DNA of 64,000 nucleotides from Mytilus trossulus (taxonomy: Eukaryota). Shown here in pieces: positions 52,141 to 64,000 of this stretch; position 1 is the first letter of the stretch; the number at the start of each line of letters is the position of its first letter. The position numbers and the translations under genes are program-made. Location of the stretch: positions 55,800,001 through 55,864,000 of the forward strand of contig NC_086379.1 of NCBI RefSeq assembly GCF_036588685.1. Reading direction: 5' to 3'. The notes under the pieces are model-generated. The model saw only the letters and a list, made by a program, of their open reading frames with translations, was not told where the DNA came from and searched no databases.

Positions 52141-53340
52141 GTGCCACTTATCAAGGTTCTGGTATGTTTCTATTATCAAGATTATTGTATGTACCAATTA
52201 TCAAGTTTATGGGATGTTCCAGTTATCAAAGTTCTGCTATGAAGCAATGAGCAAGGTGTTGGTATGTTCCACTTATCAAGATTATGGTAAGTACCACTTA
52301 TCAAGATATTATTATATACCAATTATAAATGTTATTGAATGTACCAATTATCAAGCTATTAGTATATACCAATGATAAAAGGTTATGGTATGATGAAATG
52401 AGCAAGGTGCTAGTATGTTCCATTTATCAAATTTATGAGGTGTATCAATTATCAAAGTTCTGGTATGTATCAATTATCAAAGTTATGGGATGTATCAATT
52501 ATCAAAGTTATGAGATGTATCAATTATCCAATTTATTAGATGTATCAATTATCGAAGTTATGGGATGTATCAATTATCAAAGTTATGGGATGTATCAATT
52601 ATCAATTGAAAGTTATGAGATGTATCAATTATCAAATTTATAAGATGTATCACTTATCAAAGTTATGGGATGTATCAATTATCAAAGTTATGAGATGTAT
52701 CAATTATCAAATGTATGAGATGCAATTATTAAATTTACGGGATGTATCAATTATCAAAGTTATGAGATGTATCAATTATCAAATTTATTAGATGTATCAA
52801 TTATCGAAGTTATGGGATGTATCAATTATCAAAGTTATGAGATGTATCAATTATCAAATTTATTAGATGTATCAATTATCAAAGTTATGGGATATATCAA
52901 TTATCAAAGTTATGAGATGTATCAATTATCAAAGTAATGAGATGCAATTATCAAAGTTATGTGATGTATCAATCATCAAAGTTATGAGATGTATCAATTA
53001 TCAAATTTATGAGATGTATCAATTATCAAAGTTACGGGATGTATCAATTATCAAATTTATTAGATGTATCAATTATCAAAGTTATGGGATGTATCAATTA
53101 TCAAAGTTATGAAATGTATCAATTATCAAAGTTATGAGATGTATCAATTATCAAAGTTATGAGATGCAATTATCAAATTTATGAGATGTATCAATTATCA
53201 AAGTTATGAGATGCAATTATCAAATTTATGAGATGTATCAATTATCAAAGTTATGGGATGTATCACAATTATCAAAGTTCTGGTATGAAACAATGAGCAA
53301 GGTGTTTGTATGTTCCACTTATCAAGATTAAGATTATGAT
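52141..53340. repeat. 25-bp satellite, subfamily 1 (gatgtatcaattatcaaagttatg[g/a]) with degenerate flanking monomers
   Basis: Direct tandem units; homogeneous over ~52440-53280. Confidence 0.95.
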
Positions 53341-56300
53341 ATGTACTAATTGTCAAGGTATTGGTATGTAACAATTGTCAAGGTATTGGTGTGTACTAAT
53401 TGTTAAGTAGTGATATGTACCAATTGTCAAGGTATTGGTGTGTACCAATTGTCAAGGTATTGGTATGTAACAATTGTCAAGGTATTGGTATGTAACAATT
53501 GTCAAGGTATTGGTATGTAACAATTGTCAAGGTATTGGTATGTAACAATTGTTAAGTATTGGTATGTAACAATTGTCAAGGTATTGGTATGTACCAATTG
53601 TCAAGGTATTGGTGTGTAACAATTGTCAAGGTATTGGTATGTAACAATTGTCAAGGTATTGTTATGTACCAATTGTCAAGGTATTGGTATGTACCAATTG
53701 TTAAGTATTGGTATGTAACAATTGTCAAGGTATTGGTATGTAACAATTGTTAAGGTATTGGTATGTAACAATTGTCAAGGTATTGGTATGTAACAATTGT
53801 CAAGGTATTGGTATGTAACAATTGTTAAGTATTGGTGTGTAACAATTGTCAAGGTATGGTATGTACTAATTGTCAAGGTATTGGTGTGTAACAATTGTCA
53901 AGGTATTGGTATGTAACAATTGTCAAGGTATTGTTATGTACCAATTGTCAAGGTATTGGTATGTACCAATTGTTAAGTATTGGTATGTAACAATTGTCAA
54001 GGTATTGGTATGTACCAATTGTCAAGGTATTGGTGTGTAACAATTGTCAAGGTATTGGTATGTAACAATTGTCAAGGTATTGTTATGTACCAATTGTCAA
54101 GGTATTGGTATGTACCAATTGTTAAGTATTGGTATGTAACAATTGTCAAGGTATTGGTATGTACCAATTGTCAAGGTATTGGTGTGTAACAATTGTCAAG
54201 GTATTGGTATGTAACAATTGTCAAGGTATTGGTATGTACCAATTGTCAAGGTATTGGTGTGTAACAATTGTCAAGGTATTGGTATGTAACAATTGTCAAG
54301 GTATTGTTATGTACCAATTGTCAAGGTATTGGTATGTACCAATTGTTAAGTATTGGTATGTAACAATTGTCAAGGTATTGGTATGTACCAATTGTCAAGG
54401 TATTGGTGTGTAACAATTGTCAAGGTATTGGTATGTAACAATTGTCAAGGTATTGGTATGTAACAATTGTCAAGGTATTGGTGTGTACTAATTGTTAAGT
54501 ATTGGTGTGTAACAATTGTCAAGGTATTGGTATGTACCAATTGTCAAGGTATTGGTGTGTACCAATTGTTAAGTATTGGTATGTAACAATTGTCAAGGTA
54601 TTGGTATGTACCAATTGTCAAGGTATTGGTATGTAACAATTGTCAAGGTATTGGTATGTACCAATTGTCAAGGTATTGGTATGTAACAATTGTCAAGGTA
54701 TTGTTATGTACCAATTGTCAAGGTATTGGTATGTACCAATTGTTAAGTATTGGTATGTAACAATTGTCAAGGTATTGGTATGTAACAATTGTTAAGTATT
54801 GGTATGTACCAATTGTCAAGGTATTGGTATGTACCAATTGTCAAGGTATTGGTATGTAACAATTGTCAAGGTATTGGTATGTACCAATTGTCAAGGTATT
54901 GGTGTGTAACAATTGTCAAGGTATTGGTATGTAACAATTGTTAAGTATTGGTATGTACCAATTGTCAAGGTATTGGTGTGTAACAATTGTCAAGGTATTG
55001 GTATGTAACAATTGTCAAGGTATTGTTATGTACCAATTGTCAAGGTATTGGTATGTACCAATTGTTAAGTATTGGTATGTAACAATTGTCAAGGTATTGG
55101 TATGTACCAATTGTCAAGGTATTGGTGTGTAACAATTGTCAAGGTATTGGTATGTAACAATTGTCAAGGTATTGGTATGTAACAATTGTCAAGGTATTGG
55201 TGTGTACTAATTGTTAAGTATTGGTGTGTAACAATTGTCAAGGTATTGGTATGTACCAATTGTCAAGGTATTGGTGTGTACCAATTGTTAAGTATTGGTA
55301 TGTAACAATTGTCAAGGTATTGGTATGTACCAATTGTCAAGGTATTGGTATGTAACAATTGTCAAGGTATTGGTATGTACCAATTGTCAAGGTATTGGTA
55401 TGTAACAATTGTCAAGGTATTGTTATGTACCAATTGTCAAGGTATTGGTATGTACCAATTGTTAAGTATTGGTATGTAACAATTGTCAAGGTATTGGTGT
55501 GTACCAATTGTCAATGTATTGGTATGTAACAATTGTCAAGGTATTGGTATGTACCAATTGTCAAGGTATTGGTATGTAACAATTGTCAAGGTATTGGTAT
55601 GTACCAATTGTCAAGGTATTGGTATGTAACAATTGTCAAGGTATTGGTATGTACTAATTGTAAAGGTATTGGTGTGTACTAATTGTCAAGGTATTGGTAT
55701 GTACCAATTGTCAAGGTATTGGTATGTACCAATTGTCAAGGTATTGGTGTGTACCAATTGTCAAGGTATTGGTATGTAACAATTGTCAAGGTATTGGTGT
55801 GTACTAATTGTTAAGTATTGGTATGTAACAATTGTCAAGGTATTGGTATGTACCAATTGTCAAGGTATTGGTGTGTACCAATTGTTAAGTATTGGCATGT
55901 AACAATTGTCAAGGTATTGGTATGTACCAATTGTCAAGGTATTGGTATGTAACAATTGTCAAGGTATTGGTATGTAACAATTGTCAAGGTATTGGTATGT
56001 AACAATTGTCAAGGTATTGGTATGTACTTATTGTCAAGGTATTGGTGTGTACCAATTGTAAAGGTATTGGTATGTAACAATTGTCAAGGTATTGGTATGT
56101 AACAATTGTCAAGGTATTGGTGTGTACTAATTGTTAAGTATTGGTATGTAACAATTGTCAAGGTATTGGTATGTACCAATTGTCAAGGTATTGGTGTGTA
56201 CCAATTGTCAAGGTATTGGTATGTAACAATTGTCAAGGTATTGGTATGTAACAATTGTCAAGGTATTGGTATGTACTTATTGTCAAGGTATTGATGTGTA

Positions 56301-57270
56301 CCAATTGTAAAGGTATTGGTATGTACCAATTGTCAAGGTATTGGTATGTAACAATTGTCAAGGTATTGGTGTGTTCTAATTGTTAAGTATTGGTATGTAA
56401 CAATTGTCAAGGTATTGGTATGTACTAATTGTTAAGTATTGGTATGTACTAATTGTCAAGGTCTTGGTGTGTACTAATTGTTAAGAATTGGTATGTAACA
56501 ATTGTCAAGGTATTGGTGTGTACTAATTGTCAAGGTATTGGTATGTACTAATTGTCAAGGTATTGGTATGTAACAATTGTCAAGGTATTGGTATGTACTT
56601 ATTGTCAAGGTATTGGTGTGTACCAATTGTAAAGGTATTGGTATGTACCAATTGTCAAGGTATTGGTATGTAACAATTGTCAAGGTATTGGTGTGTACTA
56701 ATTGTTAAGTATTGGTATGTAACAATTGTCAAGGTATTGGTATGTACTAATTGTTAAGTATTGGTATGTACTAATTGTCAAGGTCTTGGTGTGTACTAAT
56801 TGTTAAGAATTGGTATGTACCAATTGTCAAGGTATTGGTGTGTACTAATTGTCAAGGTATTGGTATGTAACAATTGTCAAGGTATTGGTATGTAACAATT
56901 GTCAAGGTATTGGTATGTACTAATTGTCAAGGTATTGGTATGTACTAATTGTCAAGGTATTGGTATGTACTAATTGTCAAGGTATTGGTATGTAACAATT
57001 GTCAAGGTATTGGTATGTACTAATTGTCAAGGTATTGGTGTGTACTAATTGTCAAGGTATGGTATGTAACAATTGTCAAGGTATTGGTGTGTACTAATTA
57101 TTAAGTATTGGTGTGTAACAATTGTCAAGGTATTGGTGTGTAACAATTGTCAAGGTATTGGTGTGTACCAATTGTCAAGGTATTGGTATGTAACAATTAT
57201 AAAAAAAATGGTACGTAGCAATTATTAATGTAATGGTATGCATTAATTATCAATTTGTACCAATTATTAA
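53341..57270. repeat. 25-bp satellite, subfamily 2 (tatgtaacaattgtcaaggtattgg), ~155 units with 24-bp variants and higher-order blocks
   Basis: Direct tandem units; 149-bp and 719-bp periodicities visible. Confidence 0.97.
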
Positions 57271-57384
57271 GGTTCTCGATTTTACCACTGAGCCAGGTTC
57301 TTGTTATTTTGTATCTACATTGTGTCATAGATCAAATTTATTCATTCAGTGTATGTTCACTTGTTTTTGTTACTAGAATAAAAA

Positions 57385-58165
57385 AGAAGATGTGGTATGA
57401 TTGCCAATGAGACAACTGTCCATAAGAGAGCAAAACTACACAGCCATTAACATCTATAGGTCACCGCACGGACTTCAACAATAAGCAAATCCCATACCGC
57501 ATATATTCAGCTATAAAAAGCCCCAATAATACAATATAAAACAATTCAAACGAGAAAACTAACGGCCTTATGTATATAAAAAAAATGAACGAAAAAAAAT
57601 ATGTAACACATAAATAAACGACAACCACTGAATTACAGACTCCTAACTTGGGGCAGGCATATACATAAAAAATGTGGCGGGGTCAAACATGTTAGCGGGA
57701 TCCCAACCATCCACATAACCTGGAACAGTGGTATAACAGTACAACATAAGAACGAAATATAAAAAAACAGTTAAAAAAGGCTTAACTCATCAGATGGACA
57801 AAAATAAAAGTCTTTTAACTGAGTTAAGCCATTTCGATTTATATTTTATAATGTGTCGTTCTATATTGTGATGTTTCTCTATTGTTTCAAATAAGGGTGA
57901 AGGTTGGTGCCTATTAAAATGTTTAAACCCGCTGCATTTATTTGAACCTGTCCTAAGTCAGGAGCCTGATGTTCAGTAGTTGTCGTTTGTTGATGTGGTT
58001 CATAAGGGTTCGCGTTTTTCGTTTTTTTTTTATCAATAAATTAGACCGTTTGCTTTTCTGTTTTCCTGTTTTACACCAGTAATGTTGGGTTTTTTTTTGT
58101 GCCCTTTAAAAGCTTACTGTTCGATGTGAGCCAAGGCTCCGTGTTGGAGGTCGTACTTTGATAAT
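57385..58165. mobile_element. Two inverted copies of the most abundant dispersed repeat in the window (aagatgtggtatgattgccaatgagacaac... family)
   Basis: 57385-57810 and 57815-58165 are in opposite orientation; other copies at ~20270, 24925, 25293, 34125, 37090, 46495, 60548, 62378, 62898; class not determined. Confidence 0.7.
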
Positions 58166-59611
58166 ATAATGAAATTTTATGGAATACAAGTGATATGCTA
58201 TTTATCTAGATTTAAAACCAGTTTTTAATCCATAATTTTCTACATAAGGAAATGCCTGTTTCAAGTCTGGAATATGACCGTTGTTTTCCATTCGTTTGAT
58301 AAGTGTTTTAGATTTCAGTGACTTTGCAATTTGAAAAGGTACTTTCTGAATTTTCCTTAGAGTCTTTTTTTTAATATTTTTTTTTTTATACTTATTGTAT
58401 TTCTGTGCTTCTTGTAAAGTATCGGTTGTTGGACCCCAATCTTTGTCATAATAATCTCTTAATCTCTGTTTGGCTTGTTCATGTGACCAAATTGTCAATT
58501 ACTGTCATACAAATTAGGTTTAAAGTTTGCTATACAACCATGTTAACCTTGAAGCATTTTTGTTATTTTTTTCATATTTCATTGTGTACCACTGACAGTA
58601 ACTTTTGTTTTAACCATTTTACGTTCAGCCAATTTAGACATAAACTTAAAGAACGTGCTATATCCAAAGGTTACAAAGTAGCCATTTTGAATCCATATGA
58701 AAAATGTTTGATTGAATTGGTAGTAGTTTAGTCTACCATTAACGTAGTTACAGGGGTAACAATACATTTTTCGTTTAGAAATTTAGAGTTGAGTTAATAA
58801 ATAATTGTTTCCAATTCCATCATTTTATGCAAAAATAAGAGGATATCACACCTTAAAATTGAGAATGAAAATGGTGAATATGTCAAAGAGAAAACAACCC
58901 GACCAAAATGCAGAGATAGTCTGTTCCTTTTATCTTGACATATATGCATAGTCTGTCCCTTTTATCTTGACATATATGCCTGTTCCTTCATTTAAATTAT
59001 AATGTTTTCAATGTTGATATACATTGTCTATCTTTAACAGCATATTGAATTCAAATCTATGATTTAAAATTCTGAGTACGCATGCCAGCGATTTAATTGG
59101 ACGTCCTTTACCCAATGTGCATTAATTTTTTTTCATTCTCATACACTGATATTTTACCAGATAATAAATAGTATTATCATTAAATTGCAAATCTGTCTCC
59201 AAATGCAGATTTGGGCAAATAACTAGACCGATTTTGGCGGTATACCATCAATCTACCTTATTCCTCATTTTCAACTGAATATACAAAATATAAGATGTGG
59301 TAGATGAAGTTCAGGTCAAAGTAGTCATGTGTAAATCTTTGACATCACCCAGTTTTTAACCTAGGTGTTTATTTAATATAAAGATTAACAGCGAGTCTTT
59401 TGGTGGGATTAAGGACACAGCAAATATATTGCTGTCCACAAACTAATTGGACCCCATTGAACAAAAATGCTTACCTTAATTGTAACGAGATGATACCCTC
59501 CCTCGAAGAGGACACAATAAGAGGATTTTCTAATCTGCCAGTGCGTGTTAATCTCAATATTGTTTTGATGACTTGGTACAATTTTATAGACAAGGTTCGT
59601 GGTCATTAAAT

Positions 59612-60151
59612 GGGGATTAAATATGAACATAAAACTGAGACTTATTTGCGATGCTAAAAATGAATAAATATCAGCAGCGAATGATGAGCGGATTATCACG
59701 ATATCATTTTTCAAATAGGTGTCTTTTTTTCTATAATTTATCCTACATAATTCAAGGTTAATTCGTAAACCGGTGGAAATATTTGACCATCGTCAACATA
59801 ATTTGCTTGCCTACCATTTTTTTCCTACAAGGAGTCGATTAATAGTTGAATATATATCTTATATAATTTTGACGATGACAGGGGATTAAATATGAACATA
59901 AAACTGAGACTTATTTGCGATGCTAAAAATGAATAAATATCAGCAGCGAATGATGAGCGGATTATCACGATATCATTTTTCAAATAGGTGTCTTTTTTTC
60001 TATAATTTATCCTACATAATTCAAGGTTAATTTCGTAAACCGGTGGAAATATTTGACCATTGTCAACATAATTTGCTTGCCTACCATTTTTTTTCCTACA
60101 AGGAGTCGATTAATAGTTGAATATATATCTTATATAATTTTGAAGATGACA
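59612..60151. repeat. Near-perfect 269-bp tandem duplication of unique-looking sequence
   Basis: 59612-59880 vs 59881-60151 differ by a few substitutions and 1-nt indels. Confidence 0.93.
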
Positions 60152-61118
60152 GGCAAACATGCAAAAATAAGTTTGAAAATTTGTCATTTGAGAACTAAAA
60201 TTCCTCAATCTATTATGATCTGGATTGGGTTTACAGAATAGAGAATATATAATGCCCGCATGACATAATGAAAAGAGAAAAATATAGCAAAAAGAAAAAA
60301 GAACACTGTGGCAAATATTGATCACAGAAATTAACAATATACAGAATAATGAAATCGTATTGTTGTAGATAAATTAGGATTAAAATCGTTTTTATAAGAA
60401 TTTTACTGAATATACAAAAATACCACAAAAATAAAAAAATACAGACAACAGAATCTCTATTTTTTGCTTATTACAATTCTGTGTATCTCGATACGTAAAT
60501 ATATAAGTATATACTAGTAGGTAAAAAAAATATTGAAGAATATGCTTGTTGTTCGGTGTGAGCCAACTTGAAGGCTACGTGTTGAAGGCCGTACATTGAC
60601 CTATAATGGTTTACTTTTATAAATTGTTATTTGGATGGAGAGTTGTCTCATTGGCACTCACACCACATCTTCCTATATATAAACACAAAGACCTACCTAG
60701 GAGTCTATTCTCGTATTCAGAAGAAGAGACAACTGCCTGTGGCCGTAACACATAATTATTTTAATTTTACTGAAAATTTTTATTTGATGATAAATCAACA
60801 TCATTAAAAAAGATATTTTCAAAGCAATTTATAGCTTGTTATATTTATTTGAAAATCTGTGGACATGTTTTCTAGCAATCGTAATGTTAAGCCAAAGAAC
60901 CTATTTCCTCTCCTTTTTACTTTCTAAACACACACATATATCTGTTTTCCATTTTTAATTTGTTTTTGTATATATGGGAGTACAAATGCTACATGTATAT
61001 CAAAATTTAAATGTTTGATATTTCTTAAAGCTCTTGATGCATACACAGTTTCATATAAACCCGAAATACTGCAAAATTTTATATTCTTCGCCGATATTTT
61101 ATCCTAATCCATCTTTTG

Positions 61119-61493
61119 ATGCGTCATAAAGACAGGAGACGTCACATAACGTTACTTAGAAGCAGGATCTTGGGGAATGAAGGAACAGACGAAAGAATGG
61201 CGAAATGGGACTTATCAGTAACGAGACTTAACAATGTACTGGCGTTAAAGGAGAAAAATGGCGGATGGAAACCAGATAAAACTAACTTAAACATACTGGA
61301 AACGAAAGGGTTTATCATAGGGAAAACTATTGGCGAGGGAAAGTATTCAAAAATAAAGAAAGCATTTTGCACCCGTACGAAAGAGACAATTGCAATCAAA
61401 ATTATCCACAAGTCCCGATTGCACCCAGGAGATTGTCAGAAGTTCATCCCAAGAGAATTAGAAATTTTGAGAACACTGCAGCACCCTGGATTG
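61119..61493 (+). CDS. TSSK: Testis-specific serine/threonine kinase family gene, exon 1 (alternative start 61197)
   Basis: IGEGKYSKIK glycine loop, IAIKII, KFIPRELEIL (TSSK signature); donor ttg|gtaatc. Confidence 0.85.
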
Positions 61494-62089
61494 GTAATCA
61501 TATTTATTTACTATGTTGTACACTTTATACCTATGATCATACTCTTTTTTTCTGTTCACCATATATAATATTCTCCTTAGTCAAAATTTATTTGTGTGCA
61601 TTACTCTCAAATCTTTTACTGAAACTATATTTCTTAGTTTGGTAATTTAAGACTCGGACAGTGATTCGCTCACAGCTTTTAATTTGTCTCTATTTCACTT
61701 TCATTAAAACATACAAATACTAGTAGAAGGAAAACATTGCGTATCTATAAGACAACAACTCAATAGTATACAACCAACAAAAGACATGCGAGTGAACTCT
61801 AGATTGAACACCAAGTCGGAAAGAAAAAAATAAACATAGATATATAAATTTGAGAGAATTTATTTTATTTATTGAAGAAAATCAAAATAACGGTTGTTAT
61901 GGTACCCGATTATACGAATTGATAAACTTCATATGATTTACAATGCAAAGATAGTTTTATAAGTTTTGCGGCTAAATTTAATAGTTTTTACCAAAAAAGG
62001 GGGAACAGTTGTTGGGGGCAATCCTATCTTTGCCCTTTGCAACACCTATTAATCACTACATACATGTTATAATATTTATTCTTTTCCAG

Positions 62090-62330
62090 TTGGATGTCTT
62101 GCAATTGTTTGAATGTGACCGAATGTTTTACATCACTATGGAATACGCACCCAATGGAGACTTAACCACTTTCATAAATAAACTTGGTTGTTTAGGGGAA
62201 GCAGATGCACGACGTTTGTTCAAGCAACTACTGGATATTGTTGCTTATCTCCATGAGAATAAAATTTGTCATCGTGACATTAAATGTGACAATATTCTGT
62301 TAGATAGATGTTTTAATGTTAAGTTGGCAG
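62090..62330 (+). CDS. TSSK: TSSK-family kinase, exon 2
   Basis: Acceptor cttttccag; MEYAPNGDL, HRDIKCDNILLD (KCxN typical of TSSKs); donor g|gtaagt. Confidence 0.92.
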
Positions 62331-63026
62331 GTAAGTCTCTCACAAATAATCTTGATAAATTATTAAATACAAACTGATTAGACCGTTGGTTTTCCCATTT
62401 GAATGGTTTTACACTAGTAATTTTAGGGCCCTTTATAGCTTGTTGTTCGGTGTGAGCCAAGGCTCCGTGTTGAAGACCGAACACTGACCTTTAATGGTTT
62501 ACTTTTATATATTGTTATTTGGGTGGAGAGTTGTCTCATTGGCACTCACACCACATCTTCCTATATCTATGACATATTTTAATTAATTTGTAATATTTTA
62601 TAACTTAATTACCTAATTACGCAACTATGTTTTCTCATGTTAAACTAAAACTCATGTATATTTGAAGATAATTATTGAATATTTTGAATCGTATTGCACA
62701 TAAGTTTATATGTTTTCATGTTTTGAATATTTTTATGTTGTTCGTGTATACTACGATACGCAGTAAATATTTTCCACTAAGGGCTTATATAAAACCGAAA
62801 TGATACATTTGGTTAAATTTTTTTAACAGCCTCTCAATTAGGTCTCGTTACATATTGAATAAATCGCAAAAAAACTTGTTATCGCAAATATAAAATAAAA
62901 GATGTGGTATGATTGCCAATCAGTCACCTCTCCATATGACACCAAATGACACAGAAATTAACAATTAAAGATCACCGTATGACCTTCAACAATGAGCAAA
63001 GCCCACATCACAAAGTCAGCTATAAC

Positions 63027-63715
63027 ATTTTTGTCGAGCCTTCGACTTTAGTCGAAAAAGTGAGACTAAGCGATCCTTCATTCCGTCGTCGTCGGTGTCG
63101 TCGTCGGCGGCGGCGTCCACAAATATTCACTCTGTGGTTAAAGTTTTTGAAATTTTAATAACTTTCTTAAACCATACTGGATTTCTACCAAACTTGGACA
63201 GAAGCTTGTTTATGATCATAAGATAGTATCCAGTAGTAAATTTTGTAAAAATAAAATTCCATTTTTTCCGTATTTTACTTATAAATGGACTTAGTTTTTC
63301 TGCGGGAAAACATTACATTCACTCTGTGGTTAAAGTTTTTAAAATTTTAATAACTTTCTTAAACTATCCTTTGTTTGTACCAAACTTGGACAGAAGCTTG
63401 TTTATGATCATTAGATAGTATCCAGAAGGAAATTTTGTTAATATTTTGTACCTGTGATCTGTATTTTACTTATAAATGGGCTTAGTTTTTCTTTTAGTTA
63501 ACATTACATCCAGTCTGCAGTTAAAGTTTTTAAAACATTTATTAGATTCATAAACTACTCCTGGATTTTTACCCAACTTGGACAGAAGCTTCTAACAATC
63601 AAAAGATAGTATCAAGCGGAATATTTTTATTGTTTTTTTCCCTCAATTTTGTTGAGCCTGCAATTTACAGCAAAAGTAGGCGAGACACTGGGTTCCGCGG
63701 AACCCTTACAATTTT
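63027..63715 (+). mobile_element. HINE/Helentron-type element in TSSK intron 2
   Basis: T-run at both ends, (gtc)n/(ggc)n near the 5' end, ~195-bp internal repeats, 3' perfect palindrome gggttccgcggaaccc. Confidence 0.75.
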
Positions 63716-63749
63716 TTTATATATCAACTGATTATTTTATTTCATTTAG

Positions 63750-63881
63750 ATTTCGGTTTTGCTAGAACTATGCCAAGCGACACGTTGCTGGAAACCAATT
63801 GTGGTTCTTATGTTTATACTGCACCGGAAGTCATGGATGGCAATAACTATGATGGAGTCACAGCAGACATATGGAGCATGG
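63750..63881 (+). CDS. TSSK: TSSK-family kinase, exon 3 (DFGFAR...ETNCGSYVYTAPE...DIWSM); gene continues past the window
   Basis: Acceptor ttcatttag; g+at completes the DFG Asp; donor g|gtaaaa at 63882. Confidence 0.92.
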
Positions 63882-64000
63882 GTAAAAAATAATACACAAA
63901 ATGTTCTTTTTAAGAATTTATTGTATTGCAATCCGCATAAAACTCATAAAAAATTATACACATATTGAAAGCTAACTTCCAACCTTCCAATCTGTTAGAT

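Noticed and set aside
52329-56294. Cys-rich repetitive ORFs and a CRISPR-like periodic look
   Set aside because: Translations of a 25-bp satellite (unit not a multiple of 3); no unique spacers, no cas genes, eukaryotic context

Overview
AT-rich eukaryotic genomic DNA with spliceosomal introns. The repeat families (Deu-domain tRNA-SINE, Helentron/HINE-type elements, Penelope relics) point to a bivalve, probably a Mytilus mussel (inference). The core of the window is a minus-strand tandem cluster of four type-B carboxylesterase/cholinesterase-fold genes. Each has one ~1.5-kb coding exon plus a short terminal exon, joined by the same phase-2 intron. Three paralogs (A 13956-16660, C 41566-44479, D 48751-51826) have lost the catalytic Ser and His and the oxyanion-hole HGG motif. 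They carry a Thr-rich stalk and a GPI-signal-like tail, so they look like cell-surface pseudo-esterases. The fourth (B 30430-35974) keeps the full triad (GESAG) and has no anchor, but its coding exon is split by a 3175-bp non-autonomous DNA transposon (115-bp TIRs, CAC..GTG ends, 5-bp TSD; Transib/RAG-like hallmarks) that might be removable by in-frame splicing. Also present: the last exons of an unidentified + strand gene (94-4793), a candidate 95-aa dually acylated microprotein (8365-8652), the first three exons of a TSSK-family kinase (61119-63881), a 71-bp minisatellite made from gene C's splice donor, a ~5-kb two-subfamily 25-bp satellite, a four-level nested transposon stack (21061-27248) and many MITE/SINE/PLE relics.
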